DNA from: Lentisphaeria bacterium
GTDB taxonomy: Bacteria > Verrucomicrobiota > Lentisphaeria > JABSQK01 > JAWLHB01
Assembly (NCBI GenBank): GCA_041690595.1
Contig: JAWLHB010000001.1
Coordinates: 248,001-312,000, forward strand
DNA length: 64,000 nt
Direction of reading: 5' to 3'
Positions 19,336-28,872 of the stretch are shown one piece after another. A program made the translations under genes and the position numbers. Position 1 is the first letter of the stretch. Each line of letters begins with the position of its first letter. The notes beneath the pieces are model-generated. The model worked only from the letters and a program-made list of their open reading frames with translations. It did not search any database and was not told the origin of the DNA.

Positions 19336-21378
19336 ATGTCCCAGTCTCGACGCAAGAGTCAGTTGATCGACAAGTTGTGCCGCCACGCCATGGAGTACTA
19401 TGCCGCCGACGGTTCCTTTCATGGCCCGTGGGGAGTCCCGGATGAGCGCGACCTCTTCCGCACCGCCTCGATTCTCCTCGCCCATGGCGGAGAGAAGGAG
19501 CAGGCCGTCGCGGAAGCTCTGATTCGCAACAGCTTTGGCGGCCCCGACGACGACTACACAAAACTGTCGCTGCAGGAGAATGTGGTCGACATCCTCAAGG
19601 CCGATGTGCGCGACTGGAACATCTTCCAGAGTAACATCGGCACTTCCATGCTCGTCAACTTCCGTGAGCGCCTCAGCACGGAAATCCGCGAGAAGCTCGA
19701 GCGCATCGCTCGGCGAAACCTCTCCCGCTATGCCGGCAGCGCCCAGGCCGACTATTTCTTCCATGGGGCCAATGACAATATGCCGGCTCATGCGACGGCT
19801 GGCCTGATCCTCGCCTCCGAATACCTCGGTGACGAGCAGGGACTGACTGACGGCGTCTACCGTCTCAACTTCTTTGCCGAGTTGCTCTCGCGACGCGGCC
19901 TCTGCAGCGAGTTTGCCAGCGGCACCTATCTCCCCCTCACCATCAGTGCCATGGCCGAGATTGCCAGTCACGCCAAGGATCCCGCCATCGCCGAGCTGGC
20001 GCTCCAGATCGAGCACCAGCTATGGGCGGATATTGTCTGCCACTATCATCCTGGCTCCGGCAAATCCGCCGGGCCGCAGACGCGTGCCTATAACGTCAAC
20101 ACCGTCGCTCACCTCGACTGCATCATGACGCTCCTTTGGACCGTCACTGGCGAGCCGCCATTCACCAACCCGGTGCGCGACCTGATCACGCTGCAGCCAA
20201 AGCAGGCGACCCACTTCGAAGGCGATGCCTTCAAGACCGCCTGCGGCGTCGTCAATGTCCTGCTGCCGGAGTTCCATTTCCCCGATCACCTGCTGCCGCT
20301 GCTCACCGAGCGGCCGCAACCCTTCCGCTTCTTTGCGTCTGCCGAACAGATGTATGGCGGCAATCCCGATGTGGGCGGCCGCGAGAGCAGCTCCACGGTC
20401 CATCAGACCGCCGACTACTCTCTGGCGACCTCGCCCCACGGCTTCATGACCGGCAATCAGTCCGAGTCGGTGCGCATTGCCTGGCGCTGTATTGAAGAGC
20501 CAAAGTCCTTTCACGACACCAACGTGGCAATCTTCCGGTTCCTGCACAATGACGAGCACATGGGCACCATGACACAGGTGGAGAACTGCCCGCCTTCGGA
20601 GAAGGGGCTCATCGCCAACCGCGCCCTGTTTCGTACCCTGCAACACGACGATACGGCCCTTCTGGTATCCCGCGCCGATGACCATAACGTCCCCCTGCCC
20701 GCAACTCTCCACCGCCTTGGGCTCCACGTCAGTATCCCCGCGCACTACAGCGAGCCGCGGGCTCTCTTCATCGGTGACCGCCGGATCGACGAATGGCAGG
20801 GTGAATCCGCCGAAGCCGCGCCGGTATTCGTCGATCTCGGCCGCATGTATCTCGCTCTGTATCCGCTGGCGATGACGGACTGTGGGCGACAGGCGGTCAT
20901 TCGCATCGAATCACATGGCGACTACCGCTCCATCGTCTTTCTCAACTACGAGGGCGCACCCCGCGAGTTCACCGCCGAAGAACTGCGCGAGACTCTGAAC
21001 GGGTGCGTTGTCCATCTCTCCGGCCCGGCGGAATCGGGAGACTTCGCCGCCTTCCGCAAAGGTTTTGGCATAACGCTGCTGGAGGATTGGCTGCTGGCAA
21101 ATAACCGCCGCACTCGCCTGATTTTCCGCGGCCATGAGCTGCTCCACAACTGGTCCATCGGCAGCGATACCGTACGATCAGCTACGATCGATGGCCGCGA
21201 GCCGCCGCGTCACCGCCTCCATGGCACGGGCCTGGATATCAGCAAGTTCCCGCTGCAGAACGACTACAAGCCACGTGTCGGTCGCCTGCCGTACGACAAC
21301 CTCGAAGTGGCATGGTATCCGCATCTGCATTGGCAGATCGGCGCGCGCATCGGCACCGACACCGGGGCGAGTCACTGA
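19336..21378 (+). CDS. Hypothetical 680-aa protein (helical N-half, beta-rich C-half)
   Basis: Long ORF with host codon usage, TAAGGA upstream; motifs NDNMP, SEFASGTY, AGPQTRAY; no signal peptide. Confidence 0.75.
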   Translation: MSQSRRKSQLIDKLCRHAMEYYAADGSFHGPWGVPDERDLFRTASILLAHGGEKEQAVAEALIRNSFGGPDDDYTKLSLQENVVDILKADVRDWNIFQSNIGTSMLVNFRERLSTEIREKLERIARRNLSRYAGSAQADYFFHGANDNMPAHATAGLILASEYLGDEQGLTDGVYRLNFFAELLSRRGLCSEFASGTYLPLTISAMAEIASHAKDPAIAELALQIEHQLWADIVCHYHPGSGKSAGPQTRAYNVNTVAHLDCIMTLLWTVTGEPPFTNPVRDLITLQPKQATHFEGDAFKTACGVVNVLLPEFHFPDHLLPLLTERPQPFRFFASAEQMYGGNPDVGGRESSSTVHQTADYSLATSPHGFMTGNQSESVRIAWRCIEEPKSFHDTNVAIFRFLHNDEHMGTMTQVENCPPSEKGLIANRALFRTLQHDDTALLVSRADDHNVPLPATLHRLGLHVSIPAHYSEPRALFIGDRRIDEWQGESAEAAPVFVDLGRMYLALYPLAMTDCGRQAVIRIESHGDYRSIVFLNYEGAPREFTAEELRETLNGCVVHLSGPAESGDFAAFRKGFGITLLEDWLLANNRRTRLIFRGHELLHNWSIGSDTVRSATIDGREPPRHRLHGTGLDISKFPLQNDYKPRVGRLPYDNLEVAWYPHLHWQIGARIGTDTGASH

Positions 21379-21419
21379 TCCGCCAAAGCGTATCGTGCGG
21401 CACGCCCAATCAGACAGAG

Positions 21420-21457
21420 GTGCACCGTGCCGATTTTGGCGCGGTGCACTTTATTTT
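21420..21457 (+). terminator. Rho-independent terminator ending the 8.2-21.4 kb operon
   Basis: GTGCACCGTGCC-GATTTT-GGCGCGGTGCAC hairpin followed by TTTATTTT. Confidence 0.75.
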
Positions 21458-21704
21458 GGCGCGAATGGCTGTACTGTACCGCCCATTATGAGTAAGCTGG
21501 TATTCGTGATATGCGCATCTTGCGCGGAGTTCTCGAGTCGGGGCATGACACCACCCTGACTTGCCGCCTGCTCCTCCTGCGCCTTGCCTGCTGGCTTGCC
21601 TTGACCGACCATCCATCGAGGCGACCCACCACTCGCTTGGCTTCTGTTATCTGTACCCCGGGCTCCGGCCCCCGGATCACCGCTTTGACAGGATTGTAAA
21701 CCGC

Positions 21705-23294
21705 ATGTCCCGTATTCCCCCTCAGGAGATCGCCCGCCGCCGAACCTTTGCGATCGTCTCCCATCCAGACGCTGGAAAGACGACCCTCACTGAAAAGCTC
21801 CTGCTCTATGGCGGTGCCCTTCACTTGGCGGGATCCGTCACTGCCCGCAAGAATCAGCGCGCCACCACCTCCGACTGGATGGAGTTGGAAAAGCAGCGCG
21901 GCATTTCCATCAGTTCCACCGTCCTGCAGTTCGACTACAATGGCTATCGCATCAACCTGCTCGACACGCCGGGCCACAAGGACTTCTCCGAAGATACCTA
22001 CCGCGTTCTGACCGCGGTCGACGCCGCCGTCATGGTCATTGACGCGGGCAAGGGAATCGAGAGTCAGACGCGCAAGCTCTTCGAAGTCTGCCGCCATCGC
22101 GGGGTCCCCATCTTCACCTTCATGAACAAGATGGATCGGCCCAGTATGGAGCCATTGGCCTTGCTCGACGAGCTGGAGAGCGTTCTCGGCATTGACGCCT
22201 ATCCCATGAACTGGCCGCTGGGAACCGGGCTTGACTTCAAGGGGGTCTGGGATCGAAATACCAAGGTGGCACACCTTTACGAACGCACACCGGGCGGTTC
22301 GTATCGCGCGCCAGTCTCGACTGCCGGTCTTTGCGATCCGGTCGTGCGCAACCTTCTGAGCGACGAAGCGCACAATACCGTCTGCGAGGAAGTGGAAATG
22401 CTTAATGGCGCTGGCGCGGAATTCCAGCCTGACGAAGTGCTCGCCGGAAGAACCACCCCAGTCTACTTCGGCAGCGCCCTCAACAACTTCGGCGTGCAGT
22501 TGCTGCTCGATGGCTTCCTGAACTTTTCATCGCCACCAACTGCCCGGCTCAGCGGTGAAAATCCCATCGAACCGACTCACGAAGCATTCTCCGGCTTCGT
22601 CTTCAAGATCCAGGCCAACATGGATCCTCTTCATCGCGACCGCATTGCCTTCGTGCGCGTCGTTTCCGGCAAGTTCGAGCGCAACATGGCCGTCCTTCAC
22701 CCGCGCACCGGTAAGCGCGTCCGCCTGGCCAACGCCACCAAGGTATTCGGCCAAGACCGCGAATCCGTCGATGAGGCCTACGCAGGCGATGTTGTCGGCA
22801 TTGTCGGCAACGCGAAGTTCACCATTGGCGATACGCTCACCGAAGATCCCGATATCCTCTACGATGAGATCCCCCGCTTCGCCCCCGAATGCTTCGCTTA
22901 CCTGGAAAACCCGACGCCGGCCGACTTCAAACGCTTTCGCACCGGCCTCACCCAGCTTCTGCAGGAGGGCGTCGTCCAGAGCTATGAACTGGCGAATTCC
23001 ACGCGCAAGGTGCCGCTGCTGGGCGCCGTCGGTCCGCTTCAGTTCGAGATCGTCCAGTATCGCCTGGAGAGCGAATATGGCGCTTCCTCGCGCATCGAGA
23101 GCGCGCCGTGGTCCATTGTCCGATGGGTAGAACCTGGCTCCGATACCGCCAGCGCAATGCTGCCCCAAGGTGTCCGCCTGGCCACTGACGGACACGACCA
23201 ACAGGTGGTCCTCTTTCCCGATGATTGGACAATTCGCTACTTCCGCGAACGTAATCCCCGTATCGCCCTCAGCGAACTGCCGCTGAGCAAATAG
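21705..23294 (+). CDS. prfC: Peptide chain release factor 3
   Basis: EIARRRTFAIVSHPDAGKTTLTEKLLL, SDWMELEKQRGISI, DTPGHKDFSEDTYR, GAVGPLQFEIVQYRLESEY. Confidence 0.97.
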   Translation: MSRIPPQEIARRRTFAIVSHPDAGKTTLTEKLLLYGGALHLAGSVTARKNQRATTSDWMELEKQRGISISSTVLQFDYNGYRINLLDTPGHKDFSEDTYRVLTAVDAAVMVIDAGKGIESQTRKLFEVCRHRGVPIFTFMNKMDRPSMEPLALLDELESVLGIDAYPMNWPLGTGLDFKGVWDRNTKVAHLYERTPGGSYRAPVSTAGLCDPVVRNLLSDEAHNTVCEEVEMLNGAGAEFQPDEVLAGRTTPVYFGSALNNFGVQLLLDGFLNFSSPPTARLSGENPIEPTHEAFSGFVFKIQANMDPLHRDRIAFVRVVSGKFERNMAVLHPRTGKRVRLANATKVFGQDRESVDEAYAGDVVGIVGNAKFTIGDTLTEDPDILYDEIPRFAPECFAYLENPTPADFKRFRTGLTQLLQEGVVQSYELANSTRKVPLLGAVGPLQFEIVQYRLESEYGASSRIESAPWSIVRWVEPGSDTASAMLPQGVRLATDGHDQQVVLFPDDWTIRYFRERNPRIALSELPLSK

Positions 23295-23389
23295 GTCCTT
23301 TTCATCAGCGTCAGGCGTGACGACTGGATTGAACAAGGATATGTTCTTGCGGTCCGATTCATGATCACCATGATTAATGCTGTTTCGCC

Positions 23390-23419
23390 TTGCCATACGG
23401 GCTATTGTAAGATACAATA
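23390..23419 (+). promoter_or_regulatory. Sigma70 promoter with overlapping GntR-type operator
   Basis: TTGCCA-17 nt-TACAAT; perfect palindrome TATTGTA-AGA-TACAATA at 23403-23419. Confidence 0.65.
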
Positions 23420-23424
23420 GGAGT

Positions 23425-24528
23425 ATGATGAATCATCATGAGAGCAGTGGTGCGCCCAGTGCAAACGACATCCTCTGTCGTTTGCGCAAACGCGTTCTGT
23501 CCCTCAAGCCGGGCACCCGGTTGCCGACGGTGCGCGAGCTGATGCACGAGTACGGGGTGAGCCAGTCGCTGGTCTCACAGGCTTTTGCCGTCCTGAAGCA
23601 GGAAGGTACCATCGATGCGCATGTGGGCCGTGGCACCTTTGTGACCGCCAAGAGCTGCCAAACCGTTCTCTGGGTCTGCGGAATCGACCTCTATCATGGC
23701 GAGATCAGTTCCTATTACACGCACCATCTTCGCTTGGCAAAGGAGATTTTCGCTCGTTATGGCCTTGAGCTGGAACCGGCTTGGCTGAGCAATTTTCGTG
23801 CGGAGGATGCCGAGGCGTACTGTCGACCGGAGAGCGCATCCCGATATACGGGTTACTTCTTTCTGGGTTGCCGTGAGGACCATCATCTCCTGCGGTTCGT
23901 CGCCCAGCAGAATCTGCCGTATGCCTGCGTGGCTTACGAAGGCGGTCCTGCGCGCCGTGTCTATATTTCGAGCGAACAGATCGCCGAGTTGACTCTTGGC
24001 CACCTTCATGAGAAGGGCATCCGGCAGGCGTCGATCATGTGCGAGGATTGGCCATTTAAGGTCTTTCGCGAGCAGGCATTACCCTTGGGCATGACCCTTG
24101 AACAGCTGCCCTTTGAATTGGAGAACCGCTGGATGAGCGGCTATCACCGCGCCGGCTACATCAGCATGTCCAAACGCCTGGGGGAGGGACCACTCCCGCC
24201 CGCCATCTTTATTCAGGATGATATGCTGGCCATGGGCGCCACCCGTGCACTGCTCGAGCATTGCACGCCTGAAAAACGCTGTAATCTGGAACTGTTGATC
24301 GCAAGCTCTCTGCAGGCCATGGTGCCCATGGGCCTGCCGGTCACCTACTTGGTCACCGATATCGCCGATATGGTGGAGATGGCTGTCGGCATGTTGCTGC
24401 AGCAGCTTAAAGGGACTCGCAACTTTGCCGAGTTCTGTGTTGTCCCCTGTCAACTCGTGAAGAGCGAGGGCATTGGTGAAGCGATGGCGGTGACGGCGGT
24501 TGAACCTTCAATAATGACATCAAGTTGA
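23425..24528 (+). CDS. GntR-family regulator (GntR wHTH + LacI-type sensor domain)
   Basis: PGTRLPTVRELMHEYGVSQSLVSQAFAVLKQEG...VGRGTFV; PPAIFIQDDMLAMG. Confidence 0.9.
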   Translation: MMNHHESSGAPSANDILCRLRKRVLSLKPGTRLPTVRELMHEYGVSQSLVSQAFAVLKQEGTIDAHVGRGTFVTAKSCQTVLWVCGIDLYHGEISSYYTHHLRLAKEIFARYGLELEPAWLSNFRAEDAEAYCRPESASRYTGYFFLGCREDHHLLRFVAQQNLPYACVAYEGGPARRVYISSEQIAELTLGHLHEKGIRQASIMCEDWPFKVFREQALPLGMTLEQLPFELENRWMSGYHRAGYISMSKRLGEGPLPPAIFIQDDMLAMGATRALLEHCTPEKRCNLELLIASSLQAMVPMGLPVTYLVTDIADMVEMAVGMLLQQLKGTRNFAEFCVVPCQLVKSEGIGEAMAVTAVEPSIMTSS

Positions 24529-24539
24529 CAAGGGGTGAG

Positions 24540-27461
24540 ATGAGGTACATGAATGTTTTCCGGCTGCTGGCCGCTCTGGTGATGATGGTTGGCGTGCTGG
24601 CGCCTGTGAATGCGCAGACCATTGTAAAGTGGTTGGAAAGTGCGGACGTGGAAGCGCCATGGCAAGGGGAGAACCTCCATCGCGTGATCGATATGGAAAG
24701 CGGCCAGCCGTGCTTGGAATGGTATCAGGATCCAGCCACCAAAGGCGAAGCGACGCTGACGCTTTCCGATGTGGATCCCGCGAACTTCGATGCTTTGCGC
24801 CTGCAGTGGAAGCACCATGGCGGTGGCGCGGGATTGGCCGTTACGATCGGCAAGCGCAATTGGTACCTTTTCAAAGACACCTATCAGCCCGACATCTGGC
24901 GCGACACCTGGCTGCAACTGGATCTTGACGACGATGGTGGCGGCGAGATGCTGCAACCCGATGGTACCCTGCAGGTCAGATTGCGTTTCTTCAACCTGCC
25001 GCAGAACCGGGAGGGCGAGGAAGCATGGCGCAGGGTGCGCGTGCGCAATCTCTGCCTGGTCAAGTTCCCCGTCCAACTCAGCTGCGATCCAAAGGCCGTG
25101 ACCTACGAAGAGGATGAGGAGAGCTTGCGGACCATCTTTCCCATGCAACTGGTCAATACGACGGAGCAGGAGCAGACCGTGGAGCTGATGCTCGATCCGG
25201 CGTCGTTACGCCATTTCAGCGCCGGATTCGCGCAAACGCAGATCACCTTGCCCGCGGGGGCTGTTCAAATCGTGCCGTATACCTTCACGATCGACCGCCA
25301 GGTCGCCGAGAAGCTCGAGCCGCTTTACATCGAAGAGACTCCGGTATATGCCAGGGTGAAAGGCGATCCTGATTCCCTGACGACTTGGTTTCGCGCCTTC
25401 GTGCAGTGGCGTCCCGGCGGCGTCGTTCCGCCTCGGCGTCTGGCGCATCCGCGCATGATAGATCACGATGTGCCCCGGCGATTACGGGCAATGGCTGAAC
25501 AGGAGCCGCTTGCCAGGCAGGCTCTCGACAAGATGCTGGACGTTGACGACGCCCTCAACAGGCCGATCTTCGTGCCCGAGTTGCGCCATGGTTATTCTGG
25601 CACGAATATCTGCCCGGAGCACCAGAAGCCTGTCCAGTTTGACCTGGAGGAGTTGCGCCGCCACTGGTGCCCCACCGGCAAACATCATGTGGAAGGAGTG
25701 GAGCGTCTGGATCGCGCCGCCGCCCTCACGGTTCACACTCGCAACAGCAAGGATTGCGCCCGCCTGGGATGGGCTTACTTCCTCACTGGTAACGAGAAAT
25801 ATGCGCAGAAAGCGCGTGAACTGCTGGTCGCCTACGCGGATCGCTATCCGGAATGGGACTACGCCAAGGCCGGAGCCACGGGATATTGGTCACGTGTTGC
25901 TCATGCGGTGCTTGGTGAATCCTGGTGGATCCATGGTTTCGTCGATGGTTACGATATGATCGGCGACTCTCCCTCGCTGAGTGCCGCGGATAAGAACGCC
26001 ATTGCCACGAGATTCTTTGCGGTTGCCTCGGAAAGTATTCAGAGTCATCGCGTGGAGAAGAATCAACAGTGCGAGATCAACTGGGCATCCGGCGGGGCGG
26101 CGATCAACGCCGGGGCATGGTACCTTGCCGCCATGCGTTTTGGCGGTACCTTCGGCCTGCGCGACATGGTCGAGTTGAGCTTCTCCGAAGAAGGATTCTC
26201 CCGTGAGAACGAGTTTCCATATCACTATTCCGCCATGCTCCCGATTGTCGATCAGGGCGTGGCCTGGGAGGCTCTCGGCGCTTCCTTCTTCGACGCCCGG
26301 GTGAAGCGCATCTTCGACGCGCCACTGGCCTTCTCCATCGATCAGCGACTGGGGTGGAGCGGCGTCTATGAAGTCGGCTATCGACATTACCGTGATCCGG
26401 ATTATCTGCCACAGCTCAATCGCACGCAATTCTCGCATGAGACTCTTGTGCATGGCGTCATGCCCTTGCCTGAGAGCGAAGGGAGTGGGGATCTTGGCAA
26501 CAGCACGCTGCCTCTTGCCGGCAAGACGACCCTGCGCCGCGGAACAGCGGATGCGTTGCGCGCTGTGCAGATCTCATGGGGCGCCCCTACCTGGCGCGGT
26601 GGCCAGGACATGTTCAACAGCCTCGTCAACTTCGACGGCATCTTCCTCAATCGCAGTGTCACCCGCATCGGCTACGGCTACTCGATTCATGGCCTCTCCT
26701 ATGATACGCTGGCTGGCAATCTGGTTCAGGTGGATGGCCTCAATCAAACCGGCGTGCGTCCTCAGCAAACGGCCTTGCTGGAGGGGGATGTGGCCGCGGC
26801 TCAATACGTGGCGCCTTTTGGCGCGACACTCTATCCCGGTGTTCGACAGACGCGCGTGGTGGCGATTGCCGGGGACGTCTTCATCTTCATCGATCGATTG
26901 GTTGCCGATCGCACCCGGCGGTTCGACCTCTCCTGGTATCCCTCTGCCGATGCCGTCAAGCTGATGCCCGAGCTGACGATGAATCCCTATCCGGCATTGA
27001 CGGAAGAGGGCGCCGGCTATGGTGCCATCCAGGATTGCACCATCGGCAAGGCGCCCGCGACGGTTGTCCTCGACTACCAGGCGGCGCACAACAAGCGCCA
27101 GATACCAGCCCGCATACACATCCTCTCCGGTCGCGAAGGTGAGCTGATTCAGGCCCAGACCCACACCGGTTGGCATCCCTTCCTGACTCCACTCATCATG
27201 GTGCGTACCCAGGCCGAGAGTGCTACCTACGTGACGGTTCTGGAGGCCGGCGAAACCGAGCTTCCGGTTGCTTCCATCGAACGGCTTCCCGTCGTGATGG
27301 ACGCCAAGGAGCTTCCATTCGAAGCGGCTATCGCCGTGCGCGTGACGCTGACCGACGGGCGGGTTTATCTCCTGATCGACAGCGATCCCGAGCTCTCGGG
27401 CGAACGACAGGCTGGAGGCGTGACCACGGATCGCTCCCTCTGGGGAGGCCTGGTCGAATAA
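24540..27461 (+). CDS. Secreted polysaccharide lyase-like protein (alginate lyase / heparinase II-III architecture)
   Basis: Signal peptide; LGWAYFLTGNEKYAQKARELLVAYADRY; EGFSRENEFPYHYS; beta-rich C-terminal half. Confidence 0.7.
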   Translation: MRYMNVFRLLAALVMMVGVLAPVNAQTIVKWLESADVEAPWQGENLHRVIDMESGQPCLEWYQDPATKGEATLTLSDVDPANFDALRLQWKHHGGGAGLAVTIGKRNWYLFKDTYQPDIWRDTWLQLDLDDDGGGEMLQPDGTLQVRLRFFNLPQNREGEEAWRRVRVRNLCLVKFPVQLSCDPKAVTYEEDEESLRTIFPMQLVNTTEQEQTVELMLDPASLRHFSAGFAQTQITLPAGAVQIVPYTFTIDRQVAEKLEPLYIEETPVYARVKGDPDSLTTWFRAFVQWRPGGVVPPRRLAHPRMIDHDVPRRLRAMAEQEPLARQALDKMLDVDDALNRPIFVPELRHGYSGTNICPEHQKPVQFDLEELRRHWCPTGKHHVEGVERLDRAAALTVHTRNSKDCARLGWAYFLTGNEKYAQKARELLVAYADRYPEWDYAKAGATGYWSRVAHAVLGESWWIHGFVDGYDMIGDSPSLSAADKNAIATRFFAVASESIQSHRVEKNQQCEINWASGGAAINAGAWYLAAMRFGGTFGLRDMVELSFSEEGFSRENEFPYHYSAMLPIVDQGVAWEALGASFFDARVKRIFDAPLAFSIDQRLGWSGVYEVGYRHYRDPDYLPQLNRTQFSHETLVHGVMPLPESEGSGDLGNSTLPLAGKTTLRRGTADALRAVQISWGAPTWRGGQDMFNSLVNFDGIFLNRSVTRIGYGYSIHGLSYDTLAGNLVQVDGLNQTGVRPQQTALLEGDVAAAQYVAPFGATLYPGVRQTRVVAIAGDVFIFIDRLVADRTRRFDLSWYPSADAVKLMPELTMNPYPALTEEGAGYGAIQDCTIGKAPATVVLDYQAAHNKRQIPARIHILSGREGELIQAQTHTGWHPFLTPLIMVRTQAESATYVTVLEAGETELPVASIERLPVVMDAKELPFEAAIAVRVTLTDGRVYLLIDSDPELSGERQAGGVTTDRSLWGGLVE

Positions 27462-27464
27462 CGC

Positions 27465-28838
27465 TTATCGGGTAAGGCATGCGGTGCGGCATCTGGCGGA
27501 GCGTTCCGCCAGTTCACGCATGGTCACCTGCTGAAAGCCAAGCATTTCCGGCCGAATGGTATCGTTGAGGCGGTTGGCCATGATACCGCCAAATGCGCGC
27601 CGTCCCGTCGCGGCGCCGACCATGGAGCCGACGGTGGCCCCATTGCAGTCGGTATCCAGACCGCACATCACGGCTATGGCGGGCGTCTCCGTTGTATCCA
27701 TGCGTCCATAGTGCATGGCAATGATGCAGATAAGCGCATTGTTGATGGTGTGGACCGGGTGCATATCACCGAGTTCCGCCTCGAGCTTCTCCATGCAGCT
27801 CTCCCAGTCGGCACTGTCGGCAATCCATTGGATGCAGCGCCTCACCCATCGCGCCAGCCGGCAATCGCGCGGAATCTCCGATAGCCCGATCTCCACCAGT
27901 CGACCTGCATCGTGCTCGACGAAACTTGCCGCGATCATGGCGGCCATCATCATCTCCCCGTAGATCCCATTGCGCTCATGCGTCCAATGGGCATCCCGCC
28001 AGGCAAGTTCGGCAGCCCGTTCCGGGTTGCCTGCACAGGCGTAAGCCCAGCCATCGGCACGAATCTGAGCGCCGATCCACTCGCGGTAGGGATTTCTGTA
28101 ACGGCGGATCCAGGCGGCGTCGCGTTGTGGTTGCCGGCCACGCAGGGAGACGTTCTGGACGTTGAGGATGGCTTGGGTTTCGGCGGTGCAGATGGCAGTC
28201 ATTGGAATGTGCGCGAGCCAGTACGCAGCGACATGCTGCCAGGTGAAAGCGACACCATGTTCCTCGAGGACCCCGAGGCCCACCAGCGAGTAATGGATAT
28301 CATCGTCCGGTTCCATGCAGACGATATGCTCTCGTGTGGATGGAGTAGGGGAGAGAATGTCGCCATCTCCGATGTCACGGCACGAGAAGTAGTCGCGCAA
28401 CGGCCATTCGTTGCGGGCCTGCAGATACTCCCGGATCCGTCGCCGGCCGTTGAGCGTACCATCGGCATCCCGCCCCATGCCGCATCCTTCCACTGGCTTG
28501 CCGAGGGCACACCCAACGCAGCGCCCCGTCCAGGCCCCATGCAGACGATCGAGGAGTTCATCCGCGGAGGGCTGCCAGTGAAGATCACGGGGACCGTCCG
28601 GTCGGAGGGCGCGGATGGCGTCCAGTTCGTTTGGCTCCGCTTCCGCCAGCTCCGCATCGGCGGGCACGGCCATAAGGGCATCGTACAGCGTATCGACGCC
28701 TTCTTGTTGCCAGCCTTCGGTTTCAGGATCCAATGCGCCGAATTTCGCCGTCAGCTCCTCGGGGATCCGGCACCCTTCATCAGCGCGCTGAATAAACTCT
28801 TCGTGCAGCAGCCAATAGGAATTCGCCCAACCAGCCAT
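27465..28838 (-). CDS. ADP-ribosylglycohydrolase family protein
   Basis: GAWTGRCVGCALGKPVEG, EPDDDIHY, WIGAQIRAD, GLDTDCNGATVGS; AGGAG upstream of ATG 28838. Confidence 0.9.
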   Translation of the reverse strand: MAGWANSYWLLHEEFIQRADEGCRIPEELTAKFGALDPETEGWQQEGVDTLYDALMAVPADAELAEAEPNELDAIRALRPDGPRDLHWQPSADELLDRLHGAWTGRCVGCALGKPVEGCGMGRDADGTLNGRRRIREYLQARNEWPLRDYFSCRDIGDGDILSPTPSTREHIVCMEPDDDIHYSLVGLGVLEEHGVAFTWQHVAAYWLAHIPMTAICTAETQAILNVQNVSLRGRQPQRDAAWIRRYRNPYREWIGAQIRADGWAYACAGNPERAAELAWRDAHWTHERNGIYGEMMMAAMIAASFVEHDAGRLVEIGLSEIPRDCRLARWVRRCIQWIADSADWESCMEKLEAELGDMHPVHTINNALICIIAMHYGRMDTTETPAIAVMCGLDTDCNGATVGSMVGAATGRRAFGGIMANRLNDTIRPEMLGFQQVTMRELAERSARCRTACLTR

Positions 28839-28872
28839 GCTCACTCCTGACGTTGTTGGACTGCGCGTGCTC

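Noticed and set aside
21458..21704. Possible small ORFs or leader RNA upstream of prfC
   Set aside because: Low-complexity sequence, no clear SD-ATG pair or recognisable riboswitch.
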